The notes under the pieces are model-generated. The model saw only the letters and a list, made by a program, of their open reading frames with translations. It was not told the DNA's origin and searched no databases. Of a stretch of DNA of 64,000 nucleotides, positions 19,351-28,363 are shown piece after piece. How positions within the stretch are numbered: the stretch's first letter is position 1; each line of letters starts with the position of its first letter. Source of the DNA: Alphaproteobacteria bacterium (GTDB lineage Bacteria; Pseudomonadota; Alphaproteobacteria; Caulobacterales; Maricaulaceae). The stretch spans positions 8,345 to 72,344 of the forward strand of contig WGOD01000004.1 in NCBI GenBank assembly GCA_016124205.1, given 5' to 3'. The position numbers were made by a program, and so were the translations under genes.

Positions 19351-20277
19351 ATGAATGCGGCGGCGCTCCTGAAGGTCGTGAATTTCTACGGCCGGTTCAC
19401 GCCGTCCTTCACCGCGATCGGCTATCGCGCGCGGGGCCTGCCGGGACGGCCGCGCTATCCCGGCCTGGCCGGAAAGCGCATCGTGATCTCCGGTGCAAGT
19501 GCCGGGATCGGGGCCTCCATGGCACAGGCCGCGGCGGAGAATGGCGCCGAGGTCATTGCGATCGGCCGCAACCGGGAAGCGCTCGACGACCTGATCGCCC
19601 AGTGTACGGGGCCGGGGCGGATCGAGGCGGAGATCTGCGATCTGTCATTGGTGGCGGAGACGCGCGCGCTGGCCGAGCGGCTCTGCGCGCGCGGCAGTAT
19701 CGATGCGCTGGTGAACAATGTCGGCATTCTCGACCACCGCTATTCGGAGACGAATGAGGGCGTCGCCCGCATGTATGCGGTCAACATTCTCAACCCCTTC
19801 ATCCTGACCGAGGCGCTGATTGCCTGCGAAGCCCTCAAGCCCGGGTCGACGCTCGTCAACATGGCGTCGGGCGGGCTCTACAATGCGCCGCAGAACCTCC
19901 TCTACATGAAGCAGAAGCCGGAGGGCTTCAGCGGCGTGGCCGGCTATGCGACGCACAAGCGGGCGCAGATCGTCCTGACGAATGACTGGGCGGCGCGGGG
20001 GTTTGCCGCCTACACGATGCATCCCGGCTGGGTCGACACGCCGGGTGTCCAGCGCAGCCTGCCGAAGTTCCGGAAGATCCTGCACCCGATCCTCCGCAAT
20101 GGCGCACAGGGCGCAGATACCGCCCTCTGGCTGATGGAAGGCCGGCCTGCCCCAGTGGACGGGGCGCTGTGGTTTGATCGCAAGCCGCGTTCGGCACATG
20201 CCTATGCCCGCACGCGCCAGCCAATGGCCAGCGACGCAGACGTCATCGCGATGCTGAAGGCAGACGCGGGGCTCTAG
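19351..20277 (+). CDS. SDR, DHRS12/retinol-dehydrogenase-like
   Basis: ISGASAGIG, VNNVG, MASGGLY, YATHK, MHPGWVDTPG. Confidence 0.88.
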   Translation: MNAAALLKVVNFYGRFTPSFTAIGYRARGLPGRPRYPGLAGKRIVISGASAGIGASMAQAAAENGAEVIAIGRNREALDDLIAQCTGPGRIEAEICDLSLVAETRALAERLCARGSIDALVNNVGILDHRYSETNEGVARMYAVNILNPFILTEALIACEALKPGSTLVNMASGGLYNAPQNLLYMKQKPEGFSGVAGYATHKRAQIVLTNDWAARGFAAYTMHPGWVDTPGVQRSLPKFRKILHPILRNGAQGADTALWLMEGRPAPVDGALWFDRKPRSAHAYARTRQPMASDADVIAMLKADAGL

Positions 20278-21476
20278 ACCCGCTCGATCACGATCGCCGA
20301 GCCGACCCCCGAGCCGCCATGCGCGACGGCCAGACCGGTCGTGCCGCCCTGACGTTCGAGACCGGCGAGCAGGGTCGAGATCAGAATAGCCCCCGATGCG
20401 CCCATGGGGTGGCCCATCGCCAGATGTCCTCCCTCCGGATTCACCTTGTCGATATCCGGACTGTAGTCGCGCTCGAACTTCACGGGCGTGGCCGCAAAGG
20501 CCTCCATGAACTCGATACGGTCGAAATCGCCGAGCGCCATTCCGGCGCGGTCCAGCACTTTGTCGAGCGCAGCAAAGCCGGCGGTCAGCTGCAGCACCGG
20601 ATCGGCGGTCGCTTCAGCCAGCGCCCTGACGCGCGCGCGGGGTTTCAGCCCGGCAGCCTCGCCTGCCGCTTTCGAACCCAGCAGGACGAGACTCGCCCCG
20701 TCGCAGGTGGGCGGACAGTTCGCGACCGAGTGCAGGTGCCGGATCTCTTTCAGCTCCGGGCGGGCGTTCAGCATCACCTTGTCGAACCCCTTGGCGCCGA
20801 GTTCGCCGAAGGCCGGCTCCATTGCGGCGAGAGCTTCCGCGGTCGTGCCCGGGCGGACGCACTCGTCACGGTCGAGCGCGATGCTGCCGTCTGCGCGTTT
20901 CGCGGCGACGATTTCGGTGCGCTCGTACTCCATCGCGGCCGCCGCGCGCTGGTGCGAGCGGGCGGTCACGGCGTCGAGATCAGCCTTGGTGAAACCTTCC
21001 ATCGTGGCCATCAGGTCGGCGGAAAGGACGACGGGCACATAGCGCAGATTCCGCGCGGTTTCTGGGTCGTCATAATAAAAGGCGTGGTCGCCCATGAAGG
21101 CGACGCGCGACATCATCTCGACCCCGCCCGCGAGGCGCAGTCGATCGTCGCCGAAACCGGATGCTTCGTGCGCGGACAGGCCGACGGCAGTCATGCCGGA
21201 AACGCAGTAATTGTTGATCGTCAGGGTGCGGACGGCCTCGGGCAGACCGGCGTGAAGCCGGCTGACCAGGGCGAGGTGCCCGCCCTGCGCACCGATCTGA
21301 CCGACGCAGCCGAGCGTCAAGGCTGCGGCGCGGTCGATGGCCTCAGGCGAGGTGCGGGATTTCAGCGCGTCGACAAGCTGGCGCACCAATTCGTGGGGCG
21401 TGAACTCGGCGAGCCCGCCGGTGTCCTTCGACTTGCCGCGGGGCGTGCGCACCGCGTCGTAGAGATAGATGTCCAT
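20274..21476 (-). CDS. Acetyl-CoA C-acyltransferase (thiolase) with atypical active site
   Basis: DAVRTPRGK, NNYCVSG, GGVEMMSR, GHPMGASG; MEAF instead of NEAF and AHGGSG instead of CxGGG. Confidence 0.85.
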   Translation of the reverse strand: MDIYLYDAVRTPRGKSKDTGGLAEFTPHELVRQLVDALKSRTSPEAIDRAAALTLGCVGQIGAQGGHLALVSRLHAGLPEAVRTLTINNYCVSGMTAVGLSAHEASGFGDDRLRLAGGVEMMSRVAFMGDHAFYYDDPETARNLRYVPVVLSADLMATMEGFTKADLDAVTARSHQRAAAAMEYERTEIVAAKRADGSIALDRDECVRPGTTAEALAAMEPAFGELGAKGFDKVMLNARPELKEIRHLHSVANCPPTCDGASLVLLGSKAAGEAAGLKPRARVRALAEATADPVLQLTAGFAALDKVLDRAGMALGDFDRIEFMEAFAATPVKFERDYSPDIDKVNPEGGHLAMGHPMGASGAILISTLLAGLERQGGTTGLAVAHGGSGVGSAIVIERV

Positions 21477-21482
21477 GCGCAA

Positions 21483-22751
21483 TCAGGTCCCGATCACGAG
21501 GCAGGCGCTGGCCGTGGTCGATCCGCCGACATTGTAGGTCGCGGCGGTCTTCGCACCCCCGACCTGATAGTCGCCCGCCTTGCCGGTGGTCTGACGTGCG
21601 GCATCGAGCGCCATGCGAACGCCCGTCGCGCCGACCGGATGGCCAAGCCCGATCAGCCCGCCGGATGGGTTGAACGGCAGCGACCCGTCCATGCCGATCA
21701 CGCCTTCCTCGACCGGCTTCCAGGCTTCGCCCGGCGCCGCGAGGCCGAAATGTTCGATGGCCATGTATTCGGTGATCGAGAAACAGTCGTGGGTCTCGAC
21801 GAGGTCGAGGTCCTGCGGCCCGGCAATCCCGGCGCGGGCATAGGCGTCGGTGATCGCTTTTCGCACCCACGGGAACATGTAGCCGTCCTTGCCTCGGCTC
21901 TCGGCCAGCTTGGCTTCGAACAGGAGGGGTGCCGTGGTGTGACCCCAGCCCTTGATGCGCGGAATGTCCGCGAGGTCGATCCCGCGCGCCGCAGCGTATT
22001 CGCGGGCGACGGTTTCCGAGGCGAGGAAGATCACGGCCGCACCATCCGTGACCTGGCCGCAATCGCTCTTGCGCATCCGGCCTTCGATCACCGGGTTGGT
22101 CTCATCGTCTTGCACGAAGCTGTTCTCGCCGAACTGCCAGCTGCGGGTCTGGGCATTGGGATTCCGCTTTGCGTTGGCGAAATTGGTACGGGAAATTTCG
22201 GCGAGATGTTCCGGATCGAGCCCGTAACGGCGGTCGTATTCCTCGGCGGTGTCGGAGAACATGCGCGGCCAGAGATAGCGCGCACCGAGCGCTTCCCGAC
22301 CGGCCCACGCCGCACTGCCGAGATGTTCGGCAGCGGTCTGGCCTGGGACGTTGCGCATCATCTCCACACCGATCACGGCGGCGAGGCCGTAGCGGCCGGA
22401 TTCGATGTCTGCCATGGCCGAGAAGATCGCCATGGATCCCGAGGCGCAGGCCGCTTCGTGGCGGCTGGTCGGCAGGCCGGCGAAGTCCGGATGGGCGTGA
22501 ACCGCCATGCCGCCGAGCAGGCCCTGTCCGCAGAAAAGCTCCGCAGCAAAATTCCCGACATGGATGACGTCGACGTCGGAAGCCTCGATCCGCGCGTCGT
22601 CGAGCGCCGCGGCCGTCGTCTCCGAAATCATGTCGAAGAGGCCCTTGTCGTCGCGGGCCCAGTTGCGCGCGAAATCGCTTTGTGCGCCGCCCAGAATGAA
22701 GACGGGCTCAGCCGATGGTCGGGTGGTGCCGGAGCGCGAATTTCCTGACAT
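21483..22751 (-). CDS. SCP2-type thiolase (acetyl-CoA acetyltransferase)
   Basis: Start MSGNSR at 22751; RHEAACASGS, ETHDCFS, GHPVGATG, YNVGGS. Confidence 0.88.
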   Translation of the reverse strand: MSGNSRSGTTRPSAEPVFILGGAQSDFARNWARDDKGLFDMISETTAAALDDARIEASDVDVIHVGNFAAELFCGQGLLGGMAVHAHPDFAGLPTSRHEAACASGSMAIFSAMADIESGRYGLAAVIGVEMMRNVPGQTAAEHLGSAAWAGREALGARYLWPRMFSDTAEEYDRRYGLDPEHLAEISRTNFANAKRNPNAQTRSWQFGENSFVQDDETNPVIEGRMRKSDCGQVTDGAAVIFLASETVAREYAAARGIDLADIPRIKGWGHTTAPLLFEAKLAESRGKDGYMFPWVRKAITDAYARAGIAGPQDLDLVETHDCFSITEYMAIEHFGLAAPGEAWKPVEEGVIGMDGSLPFNPSGGLIGLGHPVGATGVRMALDAARQTTGKAGDYQVGGAKTAATYNVGGSTTASACLVIGT

Positions 22752-22807
22752 GTTGACCCCTTCCCGAGCCGCGTCGTCGCCGCGGTGCGCGACAGCCATG
22801 CGCACTC

Positions 22808-22825
22808 ACTTTCATTTCGAAACCT
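22808..22825 (+). promoter_or_regulatory. Island 18-bp motif in the divergent promoter region
   Basis: ACTTTCATTTCGAAACCT. Confidence 0.6.
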
Positions 22826-22925
22826 AAGCTAACCCCTTGATGCAGGCAGAACAAGAGGGGGCCAGCCGCTTGGTATCACCTGCGCGCAATCGCGCGCGGA
22901 AGGTCTTGCCGCGCCCCGACCGGGA

Positions 22926-22943
22926 AGGTAGCGTTATGAAAGT
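22926..22943 (-). promoter_or_regulatory. Island 18-bp motif in the divergent promoter region
   Basis: Minus strand ACTTTCATAACGCTACCT, 20 bp before the TTG start at 22964. Confidence 0.6.
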
Positions 22944-22963
22944 TTCTATCGGAGACCGGATAT

Positions 22964-23923
22964 TTGACCGCCAGAGCCCAATTCGATGCCCTGAAATCGC
23001 GCATGCGGCTGCCTGTCGCTGTGGCGCCGATGTTCCTCGTTTCCGGGCCGGACATGGTCCAGAGCGCGCGGCGCGCCGGACTGATGGCGTCTTTTCCGTT
23101 TCCCAATGCGCGCACGATCGAAACGCTGGCGGAGTGGATGTCGCTGGTGTGCGCGCCACAGCCGGATCTGGCGCCCTTCGCAGCCAACATGGTCACGCAT
23201 TCCAGCTATGCCCGTTTCGATGCGGAGCTCGATCTTGTTGCGCAGCACAAGCCGGATGTCGTGATCACGGCGCTGGGCGGTCCGCGCCGCGTGGTCGAGA
23301 CCGTGCATACCTATGGCGGTCTGGTCTTCGCCGATGTGAACAGCGTGCCCTTCGCGCGTAAGGCGGTCGATCAGGGCGCCGATGGCCTGGTCCTCGTCGC
23401 GTCGGGGGCGGGCGGCCATACCGGACCGATGTCGCCCTTTGCCTTCGTCTCCGCCGTCCGCCGCTTCTTCGACGGGCCGGTCATTCTGGGGGGCGGGATC
23501 AGCGACGGTCGCGGAATCCGCGCGGCGGAAGTGCTGGGCGCGGACCTCGCCTATATGGGCACGCGCTTCATCGCCGCTGACGACAGCCTCGCCAGTGCCG
23601 ACTACCGGCAGATGGTGGTGGCTGCCGAGTTCGAAGACCTGGTCATGTCGAACGAACTGACCGGAGCGAATGCCTATTATCTCAAGGCCAGCCTTGAGCG
23701 CATGGGCGTCGGCGGCAAGGGCCGGTCCGACGGCCCGGATTTCTCCGACAGCGAAAACCAGGTGAAAGCCTGGCGCGATGTCTGGTCGGCGGGGCATGGC
23801 GTCGGTTCGGTGACCGGTATCGAGCCAATGGACGCGATCGTGGCTGCGCTGGAAACCGAGTATCGTGCGGCCTGCGCGACGCCTGCTCACGCCGTGGCCG
23901 CGCAGCGGTCCGCTGCACAATAA
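22964..23923 (+). CDS. Nitronate monooxygenase / FabK-like FMN-dependent oxidoreductase
   Basis: VAPMFLVS, GAGGHTG, GGGISDG, GADLAYMGTRF, WSAGHGVG; TTG start with GGAG RBS. Confidence 0.9.
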   Translation: MTARAQFDALKSRMRLPVAVAPMFLVSGPDMVQSARRAGLMASFPFPNARTIETLAEWMSLVCAPQPDLAPFAANMVTHSSYARFDAELDLVAQHKPDVVITALGGPRRVVETVHTYGGLVFADVNSVPFARKAVDQGADGLVLVASGAGGHTGPMSPFAFVSAVRRFFDGPVILGGGISDGRGIRAAEVLGADLAYMGTRFIAADDSLASADYRQMVVAAEFEDLVMSNELTGANAYYLKASLERMGVGGKGRSDGPDFSDSENQVKAWRDVWSAGHGVGSVTGIEPMDAIVAALETEYRAACATPAHAVAAQRSAAQ

Positions 23924-23946
23924 TCCGTATCAGAAAGGGTTCGCCG

Positions 23947-25386
23947 ATGACGATCTTCCAGAGCGATTTCGAAAAAGGACTGGCCGAACTCAACCAGTTC
24001 AATCCCTATCTGAAAGGCGTCTATGCGCCGGTCCGGGATGAGGTCACCGCACTGGAACTCGAGGTCGAGGGCGAAATCCCGGACGATCTCTGGGGCAGCT
24101 ATGTTCGCAACGGACCCAATCCGATGACGCCGCCGGAGGGAATGCATCACTGGTTCGACGGTGATGGCATGCTGCACGCCATCCATTTCGAGAACGGCAA
24201 GGCGGAGTACCGCAACCGCTATATCCGGACCGCCGACCACGAGGCGGAGAAGGCCGGCCGGCTCGATGCCGGCGGTATCCTTCTGCCCGCGCATCGGGGC
24301 CGGACGCCGACAACCTACAAGGACACGGCCAATACCGACGTGGTCTTCCACAACGGGTCCCTGCTGGCGCTCTGGTATGTGAGCGGCCAGCCGGTCCGCG
24401 TCGATACACGCACGCTGGAGACGGTACGCACCGAAACCTTCTCCGGCGCGCTGCCGAAGAATGTCTCGGCGCACTCCAAGACGGATGCGAAGACCGGCGA
24501 ATTCCTGTTCTTCGACTATGACCTCTACAAGCCGGTGATGTCCGCGGGTGTCGTGTCGAAGGACAATGAGCTGAGCTGGTTCCGCGAAATCGACCTGCCC
24601 GGTCCGCGCCTGCCCCACGATATGGCGATCACCGAGAACTACATGATCCTGATGGACCTGCCGGTCGTGTTCACAGAGGCGGGACTGCGCAACGGCATGT
24701 GGCAGATCCACCAGCCGAAGGATCTTCCGGCCCGGTTCGCGGTGATCCGCCGCGACGGCACCGGTCCGGTGCGCTGGTTCGAAACCGATCCCTGCTACAT
24801 CTATCACGGCATCAATGCCTGGGAGGAGGGCGACGAGATCGTCTTCTGCGCCTGCAAGATGGTGCCCAACGGCCTGCCGCCGAACCGCGAATTCGGTCCC
24901 TATGCGCCGATGGCGGCGGTGCTGGCGCTTCAGGCGGAGCTGCATCGCTGGCGCTTCAACCTCTCGACCGGCGAAACGAAGGTCGAGCATCTCGACGACC
25001 GGCGGACGGAGTTCCCCGTCGTCAATCTCGACGAGATAGGTTACCGCACCCGCTATTCCTACAATGTCACCATTCCGAACACGGACACTCAGGTGTTCGA
25101 CGGCATGGTGAAATACGATCTCGAGACCGGGCAGGGCGTCGGTCATCGCTTCCCTGAGGGAGTCTTCGGATCGGAGCCGGCCTTTGCCCCGCGTATCGGA
25201 GCGAGCGGCGAGGACGATGGCTATGTCATCACTTTCGTGACGGACGCGCGGGAGGGCCGCTCGGAAGCGCTGATCCTCGACGCGAAGGATTTCGGCGGAA
25301 AGCCGCTCGCCCGGATCAAGCTGCCGCAGCGCGTCCCGGCAGGCTTCCACGGAACCTGGGCACCCGGCGGGGAGATCGCCGCCTGA
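23947..25386 (+). CDS. Carotenoid cleavage oxygenase family protein 2
   Basis: YVRNGPNP, HWFDGDGMLH; four His in VSAHSK, LPHDMAI, IYHGINAWE, AGFHGTW. Confidence 0.92.
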   Translation: MTIFQSDFEKGLAELNQFNPYLKGVYAPVRDEVTALELEVEGEIPDDLWGSYVRNGPNPMTPPEGMHHWFDGDGMLHAIHFENGKAEYRNRYIRTADHEAEKAGRLDAGGILLPAHRGRTPTTYKDTANTDVVFHNGSLLALWYVSGQPVRVDTRTLETVRTETFSGALPKNVSAHSKTDAKTGEFLFFDYDLYKPVMSAGVVSKDNELSWFREIDLPGPRLPHDMAITENYMILMDLPVVFTEAGLRNGMWQIHQPKDLPARFAVIRRDGTGPVRWFETDPCYIYHGINAWEEGDEIVFCACKMVPNGLPPNREFGPYAPMAAVLALQAELHRWRFNLSTGETKVEHLDDRRTEFPVVNLDEIGYRTRYSYNVTIPNTDTQVFDGMVKYDLETGQGVGHRFPEGVFGSEPAFAPRIGASGEDDGYVITFVTDAREGRSEALILDAKDFGGKPLARIKLPQRVPAGFHGTWAPGGEIAA

Positions 25387-25451
25387 CATCGCGAGTATCC
25401 AGAACAAGCAACGAATAATCAGGCCGGACAGCCGGCGCAGGGGAGACAGGC

Positions 25452-27122
25452 ATGGGCAAGGACAGCCGCGAGGAACGGCACAGGCGCTATCGCAAACTCG
25501 GCTGGTGGGACGACCGGACCTTTCACGCCGTCGTCGATGCGGCAGCGAAGCGCGCGCCGGACCGCGAAGCGGTAATCGATCCGCCCGATTGCGAAGCCCT
25601 GGTCGGGCGGGCGCAGTCGCGGCTCACCTATGCCGGTCTCGTCAATGCCTCGAACAATCTGGCTGCGCAGCTGTCGAAGGCCGGGATCGGCCATGGCGAC
25701 AGTGTTCTGGTACAGCTGCCGAACACGGCCGAACTGCCCGTCGTCTATCTTGCCCTGTCGCGTCTGGGGGCCATCATCAGCCCCGTACCGATGCAGTATG
25801 GCCGTCACGAGATCCGCCACACCTCGCACGAATTGCCGGCCAAGGCCTTCATCGGAGTCAGCGAATTCAAGGGCGCGGATGCCGCCCCGAGCGTTGCCGG
25901 GTCTTTGCCCGAAAACTGTCTGCGGTTTGCCTATGGCCGTGCGAAGTCGGGCTTCACCGCGCTGGGGATCAATCCCGGCCGGCCTGAGCGCACCGTCAAG
26001 GCAAAAGGGAAGGCTGAGGATCTGTTCACGATCTGCTGGACGTCGGGAACGACGGGAACGCCGAAGGGCGTGCCGCGGACCCACCAGCATTGGTTCGCCC
26101 AGGTTCTGGCGGTTCAGGACGCCGTGCCGCTTCCTGAGGGCGCGGTGATGCTCAACCCCTTCCCGATGACCAACATGGCGTCGCTGTCGGGCTTCATGTT
26201 CTACTGGCCGCAGATTGCGTCGACCCTGGTGCTGCACCACCCGTTCGACCTGCCGGTCTTCCTGAAACAGATGAGCGAGGAGAAGGTCGCCTACACGATC
26301 GCGCCGCCTGCGGTTCTGAACATCTTCCTGAAGACCGAGGCACTGCACGCGGCCACGGATTTGTCGGCAGCGAAATACATCGCCTCGGGCAGTGCGCCGC
26401 TCGACCCGTGGATGGTGAAGGGTTTCAAGGACAAGTTCGGTATCGAGATCATCAATTTCTTCGGTTCGAACGAGGGGATCGGCCTGTGCGGCGGGCCAAA
26501 CGAAGTCCCGGATTCCGAACAGCGCGCGACGCTGTTTCCGCGGTTCGGTCGGCCGGAGTTCAAGTGGAACAACCGCTTCGCCGAACGCTTCGAGACCAAG
26601 CTCGTCGACTGGGAAAAGGATGACGAGGAAATCCTCGAACCGGGCCGGACGGGCGAGGTGCTGATCCGCGGACCGAACGTGTTCGAGGGCTATCTGAACG
26701 ATGCCGGAACCGATGTGTTCGACGCCGACGGCTATTTCCGGACCGGCGATCTGTTCGAAATTGCGGGTGAGGGCGATCTGAAGGCCTTCTACCGCTTCAA
26801 GGGCCGCCGAAAGGAACTGATCATCCGGGGCGGGATGAACATTTCCCCGGAGGAACTCGACGGCATTCTCACCGCTCATCCGGCTATCGCGGAAGCGGCG
26901 GTCTGCGGCTATCCCGACGAGACAATGGGCGAGAAGGTCTGCCTCTTCGCCGTATTGAAGCCCGGCGCGTCGCTGACGCTCGACGATGTGAAAGCCTTCC
27001 TCGAGGCGGAAGGCGTGGCGAAATTCAAATGGCCGGAGCGGCTGGAGATCATTGATGCCCTGCCGCGCAATCCGCTGAACAAGGTGGTTCGCGACGACCT
27101 GAAGAAACGCCTGGAGGCCTGA
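25452..27122 (+). CDS. Class I adenylate-forming acyl-CoA ligase
   Basis: WTSGTTGTPKGV, FGSNEG, YFRTGD, IIRGGMNISPEE, PRNPLNK. Confidence 0.9.
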   Translation: MGKDSREERHRRYRKLGWWDDRTFHAVVDAAAKRAPDREAVIDPPDCEALVGRAQSRLTYAGLVNASNNLAAQLSKAGIGHGDSVLVQLPNTAELPVVYLALSRLGAIISPVPMQYGRHEIRHTSHELPAKAFIGVSEFKGADAAPSVAGSLPENCLRFAYGRAKSGFTALGINPGRPERTVKAKGKAEDLFTICWTSGTTGTPKGVPRTHQHWFAQVLAVQDAVPLPEGAVMLNPFPMTNMASLSGFMFYWPQIASTLVLHHPFDLPVFLKQMSEEKVAYTIAPPAVLNIFLKTEALHAATDLSAAKYIASGSAPLDPWMVKGFKDKFGIEIINFFGSNEGIGLCGGPNEVPDSEQRATLFPRFGRPEFKWNNRFAERFETKLVDWEKDDEEILEPGRTGEVLIRGPNVFEGYLNDAGTDVFDADGYFRTGDLFEIAGEGDLKAFYRFKGRRKELIIRGGMNISPEELDGILTAHPAIAEAAVCGYPDETMGEKVCLFAVLKPGASLTLDDVKAFLEAEGVAKFKWPERLEIIDALPRNPLNKVVRDDLKKRLEA

Positions 27123-28363
27123 TGACCCGCCTCGCGATCGCCGGAATCTCGATGACGGCGATGGGCAAGCAGCCCGCCCGCAGCGTCGCCGAGATGACCG
27201 CCGAGGCGGTGACCGGCGCGCTGCGCGATGCGGGTGTCGGCGCGGACCGGATCGAAGCGGCCTGGTTCGCCAATACGCGTCAGCCGATCCTTGAAGGGCA
27301 GAACACGATCAGGGGCCAGATCGCGCTGAAGGCTGCGGGCATCCACTCTATCCCGATCGCCAATGTCGAGAATGCCTGTGCCAGTGGCTCGACAGCGCTG
27401 TGGCAGGCGGCAGCGCATATCCGGGCCGGACTGGCGAGCTGTGTCCTGGTCGCCGGGGCGGAGAAGATGTTCTTCCCAGACCGGCCGGAGGCGGTTGCGA
27501 AGGCTTTTCTCGGTGGCACCGACATTTCACGGATCGACGAGATCGAGGCGGCCATCGGCGGTCTGGCGGCCGACATCATCCCCGCGGGCTGCGAGACGCC
27601 GGCGGACACGCGTAGCTTCTTCATGGACAGCTATGCCGCGCTCGCCCGGCTGCACATGAAAACCTTCGGTACGACGCAGCGCCAGATCGCGATGGCGGCG
27701 GCGAAGAATCACGACCACTCGGTCCACAATCCGCTGGCGCAATACCGCACGCCGATGAGTGTCGAGGCGGTGCTGGCCGACAAGCCGATCGTGTGGCCGT
27801 TTACCCGGTCCATGTGTGCGCCAATCAGCGACGGGGCGGCGGCACTGGTGCTGATGGCGGAAAACGCCCTGCCTTCGGAGGCAAGGGCGCGGGCGGTCGG
27901 CCTGCGCGGCATTGCGCTGGTCAGCACGGGCCCGCGCGCGCCGGACGACTACGCCAACCATATCGGAGCGCGCGCGGCCCGGGCGGCGTACGAGATGGCC
28001 GGCATATCCCCAGGCGATATCGATCTGGCCGAAGTGCATGACGCCACGGCCTGGGCGGAGATTCAGCAGATCGAGAATCTAGGCCTCTGCGGAATCGGCG
28101 AGGGCGGGGCGTGGACCGAGAGGGGCGAGACCCGGATCGGCGGCCGCACCCCGGTCAACCCGTCGGGCGGGCTCGTGTCCAAGGGGCATCCGGTCGGGGC
28201 CACGGGAATCGCGCAGCTTTACGAGCTGTGTCTGCATCTGCGCGGCGAGGCCGGGACGCGCCAGGTCGAGGGCGCGCGGATCGCGGCCGCGGAGAATGGC
28301 GGGGGCTTTCTCGATATCGAGGAGGCGGCGACCACGGTGACCGTGCTGGAGCGGCCGGCCTGA
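27122..28363 (+). CDS. SCP2-like thiolase family protein
   Basis: VENACASGS, CAPISDGAAA, AEVHDATA, GHPVGATG, ENGGG. Confidence 0.88.
   Translation: MTRLAIAGISMTAMGKQPARSVAEMTAEAVTGALRDAGVGADRIEAAWFANTRQPILEGQNTIRGQIALKAAGIHSIPIANVENACASGSTALWQAAAHIRAGLASCVLVAGAEKMFFPDRPEAVAKAFLGGTDISRIDEIEAAIGGLAADIIPAGCETPADTRSFFMDSYAALARLHMKTFGTTQRQIAMAAAKNHDHSVHNPLAQYRTPMSVEAVLADKPIVWPFTRSMCAPISDGAAALVLMAENALPSEARARAVGLRGIALVSTGPRAPDDYANHIGARAARAAYEMAGISPGDIDLAEVHDATAWAEIQQIENLGLCGIGEGGAWTERGETRIGGRTPVNPSGGLVSKGHPVGATGIAQLYELCLHLRGEAGTRQVEGARIAAAENGGGFLDIEEAATTVTVLERPA

Noticed and set aside
20319-22748. Long antisense ORFs, e.g. 809 aa here, 794 aa at 42182-44566, 696 aa at 32399-34489, 639 aa at 39945-41864 and 574 aa at 55595-57319
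   Set aside because: They lie opposite well-supported genes, have no motifs and are Arg/Gly/Ala-rich; these are shadow ORFs expected from high-GC codon bias
25392-25409. Possible eleventh island operator (minus strand GCTTGTTCTGGATACTCG) upstream of the CoA ligase at 25452
   Set aside because: Half-site spacing is one base short and the central CA is absent
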